From NCBI GenBank assembly GCA_005880615.1, contig VBID01000114.1, forward strand, positions 471 to 64,470: DNA of 64,000 nt, in the 5' to 3' direction. The position numbers and the translations under genes were made by a program. Within the stretch, counting starts at the first letter, position 1. Each line of letters opens with the position of its first letter. This DNA comes from Chloroflexota bacterium (GTDB lineage: Bacteria > Chloroflexota > Dormibacteria > CF-121). This document shows positions 52,434 to 60,181 of the stretch, piece by piece. The notes beneath the pieces are model-generated. The model had not been told where the DNA came from, ran no database searches, and was given only the letters and a program-made list of their open reading frames with translations.

Positions 52434-53531
52434 ATGAGACCCCGACGGAAGTGTCAGCCGGTGCGGGTCGGTGACGTCATCGTGGGGGGCGCCGCGCCCA
52501 TCGTGGTGCAGTCCATGACCAAGGCGGACACCCGCGACGCCGCTGCCACCCTGGAGGAGATCGCCCGGCTGAAGGACGTCGATTGCCGGATCGTGCGGGT
52601 GGCGGTGCCCACCCGGGAAGCGGCCGAGGCCATGATCGAGATCAAGCGCAAGTCGCCGCTGCCCATCATCGCCGACATTCACTACGACTACCCGCTGGCT
52701 CTGCTGGCCATGAAAGCCGGCGTGGACGGCCTGCGCCTGAACCCCGGGAATATCCGCGATCCCGACAAGGTCAAGGAGATCACGGCCATGGCCAAGGAGC
52801 GGGACATCCCCATTCGGATCGGCGTCAACTCCGGCTCCCTGCCCGGCCGGCCGAAAGAGGGGGAGGGGAGGCGCCCGCCCCTAGATCAGGTGGTGGAAGC
52901 CATGGTCAGCGCGGCCCTCGGCCACATCCGCATCCTGGAGTCGCTCGACTTCAACCAGATCAAGGTCTCCATGAAGGCGTCCGACCCGCCCACCATGATC
53001 GCGGCCAACCGGGCCATCGCCGGTAAGATCTACTACCCGCTGCACCTGGGCGTGACCGAGGCCGGCCCGCCCGGAACGGGCTCGGTGAAGAGTGCGGTCG
53101 GCATCGGCGTCCTGCTGGAGGAAGGGATCGGTGACACCATCCGGGTGTCGCTGGCCGGCGATTCCGTGCAAGAAGTCGAGGTCGGCTACGGCATCGTGAA
53201 TGCCCTCTCCGAGAAACCGACCGGCCCGAACCTGATCGCCTGTCCCATGTGCGGCCGCCTGGAGATTGACATGCTGCCCATGGTGGCCGAGGTAGAGAAG
53301 GCGCTGAAGAAGATCAAGCGGCCGATCAACGTCTCGGTGATGGGCTGCGTGGTCAACGGCCCTGGTGAAGGCCAGCACGCGGACATCGGCATCGCCGGGG
53401 GGAAGGGCAAAGGCATCCTGTTCAAGCACGGGAAGATCGTGGGCACCTTCCCGGAAAAGGAACTGGTGCCAGCCTTGCTGCGCGAGCTGGATGCCATCGC
53501 CCGCGAAGACGAGCAAAAGCTGGCGTCCTAG
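52434..53531 (+). CDS. ispG: HMBPP synthase
   Basis: VQSMT, RLNPGN, HLGVTEAG, CPMCGR, MGCVVNGPGE. Confidence 0.97.
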   Translation: MRPRRKCQPVRVGDVIVGGAAPIVVQSMTKADTRDAAATLEEIARLKDVDCRIVRVAVPTREAAEAMIEIKRKSPLPIIADIHYDYPLALLAMKAGVDGLRLNPGNIRDPDKVKEITAMAKERDIPIRIGVNSGSLPGRPKEGEGRRPPLDQVVEAMVSAALGHIRILESLDFNQIKVSMKASDPPTMIAANRAIAGKIYYPLHLGVTEAGPPGTGSVKSAVGIGVLLEEGIGDTIRVSLAGDSVQEVEVGYGIVNALSEKPTGPNLIACPMCGRLEIDMLPMVAEVEKALKKIKRPINVSVMGCVVNGPGEGQHADIGIAGGKGKGILFKHGKIVGTFPEKELVPALLRELDAIAREDEQKLAS

Positions 53532-53561
53532 CCCCCTTCGGGTGGTCGCCCGAAATGCCAG

Positions 53562-54044
53562 CTACAGCTGTGGTGTCGGTGGCAGGGATACGGTCGGGGT
53601 GGGCAGCGGGAGTGGAGTCGGGGTGGGCAGCGGGAGTGGGGTCGGCGTGGGTAGGGGTAGCGGGGTCGGCGGGGGGGGCACTGATATGCCTGTCGGCGTC
53701 GGGAGCGGGTTAGCCGTCGGGGACGGTCCCGGGACGCTGGGGTTGTTCGGGCTCGCCGACGCAGTAGGCGTCGGGACGACCGGGGTGCCGCTCGTCGCGC
53801 TGGGCCCCGGGCTGGCCGTCGCCGGAGCGGCGTCGTGCCGGGCATCGGCGATGACCCGCGCCGACAGCGGCGCCAGCTGGCCGCTGCCGTGGCCGCTGTA
53901 GCCGGGCGCGGTCAGCACGTGGACGTTGACTGGCAGCGCCAGGGTCGTCGGAGCGGCCGATCCGCGCAGAGCCGCCAGCCAGAATGCCGGGCCCAGGCAC
54001 AGGGCGGCAGCCAGCGGAACGGCCCAGTGGGTGGCCCGCCTCAT
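53562..54044 (-). CDS. Membrane-anchored Pro/Thr-stalk protein A (partner of the HD-GYP gene)
   Basis: N-terminal TM ending LAALR, motif PLSARVIADARHD, PT-rich tail; ATGA overlap with the HD-GYP stop. Confidence 0.8.
   Translation of the reverse strand: MRRATHWAVPLAAALCLGPAFWLAALRGSAAPTTLALPVNVHVLTAPGYSGHGSGQLAPLSARVIADARHDAAPATASPGPSATSGTPVVPTPTASASPNNPSVPGPSPTANPLPTPTGISVPPPPTPLPLPTPTPLPLPTPTPLPLPTPTVSLPPTPQL
53593..53664 (-). repeat. 3 x 24-bp tandem repeat encoding PLPLPTPT-type units
   Basis: GTCGGGGTGGGCAGCGGGAGTGG(A/G) twice plus one degenerate copy. Confidence 0.85.
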
Positions 54045-55720
54045 GATGCCTTGATCTCCTCGACGATGGCGGCGATCGCCTGGCGACGGGCCGCGAATGC
54101 GGTCACGACGTCGGGGTCATAGCGCACCCCGGACTCGACGATGATCGCCCGGGTGGCGGCTTCCGGGCTCAGCGCCCGCCGGTACGGTCGCTCCGACGTC
54201 AGGGCATCAAAGACGTCGGCCACGGTCAGGATGCGGACCAGCAGCGGGATGCCCGAGCCGGCGATGCCGTCCGGATAGCCCGCGCCATCCCAGCGCTCGT
54301 GATGATGCAGCACACCGGGCAGGCTGGGCTGGAGGAAGCGCAGGCCTTTCAGCATCTCGTACCCGATGCGGGGGTGCTCCTGCATGGTGCCCGCCTCTTC
54401 GTCATTGAGCTGGGTCGGCTTGTGCAGCACGCGGTCGGCAATGCCGATCTTGCCGATGTCGTGCAGCAGGGCCGACCGCCGCAGCGCCAGGCGTGCCCCG
54501 GGATCCAGTCCCAGGGCCGCCGCGATCTCCGCGCTGATAGCAGCCACGCGTTCGGAATGGCCGAAGGTATACGGATCCCGCGCGTCGATGGCCCGGGCCA
54601 GGGCTTCCATGCTGCTGAAGTAGATCTCCTCCAGCTGTCCCGTCTTGTCGGCCAGGCTGGCGGCCATATGGTTGAACGACTGGGCCAGCGAGCCGATCTC
54701 GTCCCGGGAGCGCACCCGGGCTCGGTAGGCGAGGTCCCCGGCGGCAATCACTCGGGTGGCCGTGGCCAGCTCCTCCACCGGCCTGGTGATCCACCAGGCC
54801 ACCAGCGCGCCCGCCAGCAGCGTGAGCAGCCCAGCCGCGGCGAAGATGGCCGTCAGCAGCACGCGCAGCTGCGCCAGCAGGGCGGTCAGGCCGTCGGCAT
54901 TCAGGGACGTTCCCAGATAGCCCAGCTGGTGCCCGCGCAGCGTCCAGTCACTGAAGAGGGTGCCGACCTGGTGACCCTCACGGACCTCCATGACCCGGAT
55001 CGCCTGGCCGGCGGTGACCTGCTGGCGGACGGCTTGATTGAGGGAGCGGGCGGCCGGCAGGGTTGAGCTCAAGAGGCTGCCGTGGCCGTCGTAGAACGAA
55101 GACCCGGGGATGCTATGGGCGACGTCAGCCACGGACTCCCCGATTAGGATGGCGCCCACCACCTGGACCCGGCTGTTCCAGACCGGTCCGATCCAGTAGA
55201 GCTCGGGCTGGGGCAGCCCGGCGTCCAGAAAGACGTTGCGCTCGCCCATCCCATCGGTTCGTCCCGCCAGTGCATCCTGGACGGGGGGAAGCGGAGACAG
55301 CTGGGAGTCGATGTTTGGCAGGGTGACGGGCCCCCCGGGGCTGCCCAGGACCCCGAGCAGCTGGTGTCCGCCCCGGTCCAGGACGCGAAGCTCAAGATTG
55401 GCCGGTGTCGTGTTGCCGGCCAGCGGCGTGAGCAGCCGGGCCAGGGTCCTGCCATCGCCGCCGGCCACCGCTTCCGGAACGCCCAGGGTGTCGGTGGCCG
55501 CCCGCAGCTGGGCCAGCCGGTCGGTTTCGAGGACCTCCAGCCGATCGTTGGCCAGCAGGCTGGCGCGCAGCAGGCCGGCATCGAACTCGGCGGCGGCGGC
55601 GAGCGACAGCCGGGCCGTCGCTAGCCAAGTTCCCAGGACGCCCACCAGTAGCAGGACCACGAAGAAGGGGAGGATGATCTTGGCGCGGATCGGTAGGTAC
55701 ACGGGGTCCGACACGATCAT
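54041..55720 (-). CDS. Sensor HD-GYP c-di-GMP phosphodiesterase (TM, Cache-like, TM, HAMP, HD-GYP)
   Basis: DPYTFGHSERV, LLHDIGK, HHERWDGAGYP, ADVFDAL, RPY; HAMP ITRPVEEL..DEIG; ATG at 55720 chosen. Confidence 0.92.
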   Translation of the reverse strand: MIVSDPVYLPIRAKIILPFFVVLLLVGVLGTWLATARLSLAAAAEFDAGLLRASLLANDRLEVLETDRLAQLRAATDTLGVPEAVAGGDGRTLARLLTPLAGNTTPANLELRVLDRGGHQLLGVLGSPGGPVTLPNIDSQLSPLPPVQDALAGRTDGMGERNVFLDAGLPQPELYWIGPVWNSRVQVVGAILIGESVADVAHSIPGSSFYDGHGSLLSSTLPAARSLNQAVRQQVTAGQAIRVMEVREGHQVGTLFSDWTLRGHQLGYLGTSLNADGLTALLAQLRVLLTAIFAAAGLLTLLAGALVAWWITRPVEELATATRVIAAGDLAYRARVRSRDEIGSLAQSFNHMAASLADKTGQLEEIYFSSMEALARAIDARDPYTFGHSERVAAISAEIAAALGLDPGARLALRRSALLHDIGKIGIADRVLHKPTQLNDEEAGTMQEHPRIGYEMLKGLRFLQPSLPGVLHHHERWDGAGYPDGIAGSGIPLLVRILTVADVFDALTSERPYRRALSPEAATRAIIVESGVRYDPDVVTAFAARRQAIAAIVEEIKAS

Positions 55721-55825
55721 CTCGATGACGGGTTGCGCCGCGAGTTTCGTCCTGCCCAAATCGGCCGGCTGAATGGCGCAGCCAGGCCGGCCGAATGGCC
55801 TACTGCCCGTATAATCGTCAGCCAC

Positions 55826-57280
55826 ATGCCGGCCGGCAGTGACGACGGGTTCGTCAAGGACATCCGCAAACAGTCTCAGGACTTCCCGGGCTGGTACAAC
55901 GACGTGGTCCGCAAGGCCGAGCTGGCGGACAACTCACCCGTCGCCGGGTCCATGGTCATCCGCCCGTATGGGTATTCGCTCTGGGAAAACATCCGTGACC
56001 CGCTGGACGCGCTGATCAAGCAAACCGGCCACGAGAACTGGTACTTTCCCGCCCTGATCCCGCTGAGCTTCCTGCAGAAAGAGAAGGAGCATGTGGCGGG
56101 CTTTGCGCCCGAGTTTCAGCTGGTGACCCATGGCGGTGGCAAGGAACTCGAGGAACCGCTCGTCCTGCGGCCGACCTCCGAGACCATGATCGCCAGCGTC
56201 CTGCGAAATTACATCCAGTCGTACCGCGACCTGCCAGTGCTCACCAACCAGTGGAACAACGTCTTCCGCTGGGAGTTGCGCACCCGGTTCTTCCTGCGCA
56301 CTCGCGAGTTTCTATGGCAGGAGGGGCATACCTTCCACGAGACGGCCGCGGAGGCCGAGGAAGAGGTTGACCGGATGCTGGAGTGCTACCGCCAGATCTG
56401 TGAGGACTGGTGCGCCATGCCGGTCTTCCTGGGCCGGAAGTCCGAAACCGAAAAGTTCGCCGGGGCCCAGTACTCCACCGCGGTGGAGGCCATGATGAAG
56501 GATGGCAAGGCGCTCCAGGCCGGCACCTCGCACTACTTCGGGCAGAATTTCACGCGGGCGTACGACCTGACCTTCACTGACCGGTCCAACCAGCGGGAGC
56601 ATCCCCACTCCACCAGCTGGGGCATGTCCACCCGGATGGTGGGGGCCGTGGTGATGGCCCATGGCGACGATTTCGGGCTGCAGCTCCCGCCGCGCATCGC
56701 GCCGATCCAGGTGGTGGTCGTCCCGATTTTTCGGACTGAGGACGAAAAGTCTCAGATCCAGGAAGCACTGGGTCCGGCGCTGCATCCCGCCGCCGGCGTC
56801 CGCGTCAAGGTCGACTGGCGGGATGAGCGGCCCGGCTTCAAGTTCAACGAATGGGAGCTCAAGGGCGTCCCCCTGCGCATCGAGGTGGGGCCTCGCGACC
56901 TGGCCAAGGGGGAGGTCCTCCTGGTCCGCCGCCTCGACCGGAGCAAGAAGGAGTCCGTGCCGCTGCTCATGCTAAAGAGCCGGCTGCCGGAGGCGCTGAG
57001 CGAGATCCAGCAAGCCATGTATGCGCGAGCGCTGCAGTTCCGGACCGAGCACACCGTGCGCCTCGACTCGCTGGCCGCCATGGTCGATTTCTTCGAGCAT
57101 CGGATCGGGTTCGTGATCACGCCCTGGTGCGGCCGCGCCGAGGACGAGAAGCTGGTGCAGGAACGGACCGGCGGCGCCACCACGCGCGTCATCCCCAAGA
57201 ACGCGGCCAAGCCGGCCGGAGCCTGCGCCGTCTGTGGCACGCCCGCCGTCAGCGACGTCATCTGGGCGAAGGCCTATTAG
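55826..57280 (+). CDS. proS: Proline-tRNA ligase (archaeal/eukaryote-like type)
   Basis: LRPTSET, FLRTREFLWQEGHT, ALQAGTSH, C-terminal WAKAY. Confidence 0.96.
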   Translation: MPAGSDDGFVKDIRKQSQDFPGWYNDVVRKAELADNSPVAGSMVIRPYGYSLWENIRDPLDALIKQTGHENWYFPALIPLSFLQKEKEHVAGFAPEFQLVTHGGGKELEEPLVLRPTSETMIASVLRNYIQSYRDLPVLTNQWNNVFRWELRTRFFLRTREFLWQEGHTFHETAAEAEEEVDRMLECYRQICEDWCAMPVFLGRKSETEKFAGAQYSTAVEAMMKDGKALQAGTSHYFGQNFTRAYDLTFTDRSNQREHPHSTSWGMSTRMVGAVVMAHGDDFGLQLPPRIAPIQVVVVPIFRTEDEKSQIQEALGPALHPAAGVRVKVDWRDERPGFKFNEWELKGVPLRIEVGPRDLAKGEVLLVRRLDRSKKESVPLLMLKSRLPEALSEIQQAMYARALQFRTEHTVRLDSLAAMVDFFEHRIGFVITPWCGRAEDEKLVQERTGGATTRVIPKNAAKPAGACAVCGTPAVSDVIWAKAY

Positions 57281-57362
57281 CCGGCGTCGGCCTAGCGCGT
57301 GCGGCAGCCGGCCCGGCGCGTCTCCATAATTTGGGTACAAACACTCAAGAGGACCGATACCC

Positions 57363-59510
57363 ATGCAATTCGCCGATCTGGTTGCCAAGGTGGGATACCT
57401 GCCGCCGCAGGATCTGGAGGTCCTCTCGCGTGCCTATGAGACGGCCGCCAGCGCCCACCACGACCAGAACCGGCTCTCGGGCGAAAAGTTCATCGAACAC
57501 CCCCTAGCGGTGGCCGCCATCCTGGCCGATCTGCAGATGGACCGCGACACGCTGGCCGCGGCCATCCTGCACGACACCGTGGAGGACACCCACTTGACGG
57601 TGCAGGACCTGGAGCAGAGCTTCGGCCCCACCGTGGGCAAGCTGGTGGCGGGCGTCACCAAGCTGGAGCGGATCTCGTTCCACAGCCAGGAGCAAGCGCA
57701 GGCCGAGAACGTCCGCAAGATGCTGGTGGCCATGGCCGAAGACATCCGGGTGGTGCTGACCAAGCTGGCCGACCGGCTTCACAACATGCGCACCGTGAAC
57801 TTCCTGCCCCAGGAGCGCCGCAAGGCCATGGCGCAGGAGACGCTCGACATCTACGCCCCGCTGGCCCACCGGCTGGGCATGTGGGGCATCAAGTGGGAGC
57901 TGGAAGACCTCTCCTTCGCCGAGCTCCACCCCGACAACTACCAGGACATCGTCAAGAAGATCGCGCGCAAGCGAAAGGAACGCGAGGCCTACGTCAACGA
58001 CGTCACCGAGATCCTGCAGCGCGAGCTGACCGCGGTCGGGATCAAGGCCGAGACCACCGGCCGGCCGAAGCACGTCTACAGCATCGCCAACAAGCTGGCC
58101 CTGGGCAAAGACTTCGACGAGATCTACGACCTCTCCGCCATCCGGGTGCTAACAGATTCGATCAAAGATTGCTACGGCGCCCTGGGGGTCATCCACTCGC
58201 TCTGGAAGCCGATCCCCGGTCGGTTCAAGGACTACATCGCCATGCCCAAGTCCAACGGGTACCAGTCACTGCACACGACCGTGGTCAGCCACACCGGAGA
58301 GCCGATGGAGATCCAGATCCGGACCCAGGAGATGCACCGGACCGCCGAGTGGGGCGTGGCTGCCCACTGGACATACAAGGAAGGGGCCGGGAAGGACGAG
58401 CGCAAGCTGGACCAGCGGTTCGCCTGGCTGCGCCAGCTGATGGACTGGCAGAAGGAGGTCCTGGACGCCGAGAAGTTCGTGGACGCGGTCAAGGTCGATG
58501 TCTTCCAGGACGAAGTGTTCGTCTTTACGCCGAAGGGCGACGTCCTGGCCCTGCCATCGGGCGCCACCACCGTCGATTTTGCCTACCGCATTCACACCGA
58601 GGTGGGCCACCACTGCATCGGCGCCAAGGTCAACAACCGCATGGTTCCGCTGGACCACGCCCTGGAAAACGGCGACATCGTGGAGATCGTCACCTCACGC
58701 GGCCCCCACGGCCCGAGCCGCGATTGGCTGAGCTTTGTCAAGACCGCCGGCGCGGCGCAAAAAATCCGGGCGTGGTTCAAGAAGGAGCGGCGCGAAGAGA
58801 ACATCACCAAAGGCAAGGAGTTGCTGGACAAGGAGTTCCGCCGGATGCAGCAGCGACCGATTGCCTCCTTGAGCGAAGCGCAACTGCTAGAGCTGGCGAA
58901 GGAATTCCGATTCAACGACCTGACCGACTTCTACGCGGCCATCGGCTACGGTGACGTCAGCCCATACGCCGTGCTGGTGAAGGCGGCCGCCGGCGACCAG
59001 CCGGACAGCAGCGGGGAGTTCCCGCTCATCCCCTTCGTCCCCCAGTTCAAGCCGACCGGGGAGGTGCGGGTCAAGGGCGAGAGCGGTGTCCTCTCCCAGA
59101 TCGCACGCTGCTGCAAGCCGGTTCCCGGGGACGCCATCGCCGGCTACATCACCCGCGGCAAGGGCATCAGTGTGCACCGGGCATCCTGTCCGAACATTGT
59201 CAATGCCCAAAGCCGGGAACGGCTGGTGGACGTGGAGTGGGATACCGGAGGCCGGCAGCTCTACCAGGTTGGCATCAAGATCGAGGCCTGGGACCGCACC
59301 GGCTTGCTACGCGACATCGCCACGGTCATCGCCGAAAACAAGATCAACCTCACCGGAGCCGAGGTCCAGGTCTACGACGATAAGACGGCGGTGATCTCGA
59401 CCACCGTGGAGATCAATAGCCTCACGCAACTGAGCCGGCTGATGGAGCGGCTGGAGACGGTCAAGGACGTGCACACCGTTGCCCGGGAAGGAAACCTGGC
59501 TGCCAGTTAG
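57363..59510 (+). CDS. rel: Bifunctional (p)ppGpp synthetase/hydrolase (long RSH)
   Basis: LHDTVEDT, KLADRLHNMRT, YQSLHT, EIQIRT, TGS (VFTPKG), CC-containing segment (CCKPVPGD), ACT. Confidence 0.97.
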   Translation: MQFADLVAKVGYLPPQDLEVLSRAYETAASAHHDQNRLSGEKFIEHPLAVAAILADLQMDRDTLAAAILHDTVEDTHLTVQDLEQSFGPTVGKLVAGVTKLERISFHSQEQAQAENVRKMLVAMAEDIRVVLTKLADRLHNMRTVNFLPQERRKAMAQETLDIYAPLAHRLGMWGIKWELEDLSFAELHPDNYQDIVKKIARKRKEREAYVNDVTEILQRELTAVGIKAETTGRPKHVYSIANKLALGKDFDEIYDLSAIRVLTDSIKDCYGALGVIHSLWKPIPGRFKDYIAMPKSNGYQSLHTTVVSHTGEPMEIQIRTQEMHRTAEWGVAAHWTYKEGAGKDERKLDQRFAWLRQLMDWQKEVLDAEKFVDAVKVDVFQDEVFVFTPKGDVLALPSGATTVDFAYRIHTEVGHHCIGAKVNNRMVPLDHALENGDIVEIVTSRGPHGPSRDWLSFVKTAGAAQKIRAWFKKERREENITKGKELLDKEFRRMQQRPIASLSEAQLLELAKEFRFNDLTDFYAAIGYGDVSPYAVLVKAAAGDQPDSSGEFPLIPFVPQFKPTGEVRVKGESGVLSQIARCCKPVPGDAIAGYITRGKGISVHRASCPNIVNAQSRERLVDVEWDTGGRQLYQVGIKIEAWDRTGLLRDIATVIAENKINLTGAEVQVYDDKTAVISTTVEINSLTQLSRLMERLETVKDVHTVAREGNLAAS

Positions 59511-59596
59511 CCGGTGAAGACTGGCATGGACGTGGTGACTTTAGGCATTCCGTAACGGCGTGCGCCTAGCATCGGCGTGGCCAAAGGGGCCGACCC

Positions 59597-60181
59597 ATGG
59601 GTGCCACCTCCAATCCTCGCCGCGCGCTGGCCGGATACCTGACGGTAGCGGCCGGCATCGCCCTGCTGTTCGGGGTGGTGGCGCTGGCCGCTCTCCGTCC
59701 CGCGGACGGGCTGGCCTGGGTCCGGCTGCCCCAGCTGGGCGCCGACTTCGGACTCGATCCCGGCCTGAAGACTCGACCGCTGCGCTCGACCATCGTTGCC
59801 GAGGCGTTACAGGATCGCCTCGACAGCTCAACAGGCCCCGAGGCGAGTCTCGTTATTCCTCCGATCCTGGCCATGACCCCGCCCAACGCCGTCCCCAGCG
59901 CGGCTGGTCCGGGAAGACCGGTGGCTGTCGTGAAGCCAGTACCCAACCCGAGCGCCGCGCCGAGCCCCACGCCAATCCCCACGGCCAGCCCCACGCCAAT
60001 CCCCACGGCCAGCCCCACGCCAATCCCCACGGCCAGCCCCACGGCCAGCCCCACGGCCAGCCCCACGGCCAGCCCCACGGCCAGCCCCACGCCTGCCCCA
60101 ACGCCGGCTCCAACTCCCTCGCCGACTCCATGCAACCGGGGTGGCGGCGCCGGCGCCGGCACTGGAAACTGCAAACGGTGA
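59597..60181 (+). CDS. Membrane-anchored Pro/Thr-stalk protein B (partner of the diguanylate cyclase gene)
   Basis: N-terminal TM ending LAALR, motif PLRSTIVAEALQD, PT-rich tail, C-terminal Cys pair; GTGA overlap with the cyclase. Confidence 0.8.
   Translation: MGATSNPRRALAGYLTVAAGIALLFGVVALAALRPADGLAWVRLPQLGADFGLDPGLKTRPLRSTIVAEALQDRLDSSTGPEASLVIPPILAMTPPNAVPSAAGPGRPVAVVKPVPNPSAAPSPTPIPTASPTPIPTASPTPIPTASPTASPTASPTASPTASPTPAPTPAPTPSPTPCNRGGGAGAGTGNCKR
59963..60082 (+). repeat. Perfect tandem repeat: 3 x 24 bp plus 4 x 12 bp
   Basis: AGCCCCACGCCAATCCCCACGGCC x3 (SPTPIPTA) then AGCCCCACGGCC x4 (SPTA). Confidence 0.95.

Noticed and set aside
59963-60082. Possible CRISPR array
   Set aside because: The units are contiguous, in-frame and spacer-less; no cas genes are present.
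59560-60177. N-terminal ~200 aa of the 1104-aa cyclase ORF
   Set aside because: It is an alternate-frame reading of the Pro/Thr repeat gene; the real start fits the GTGA overlap at 60178.
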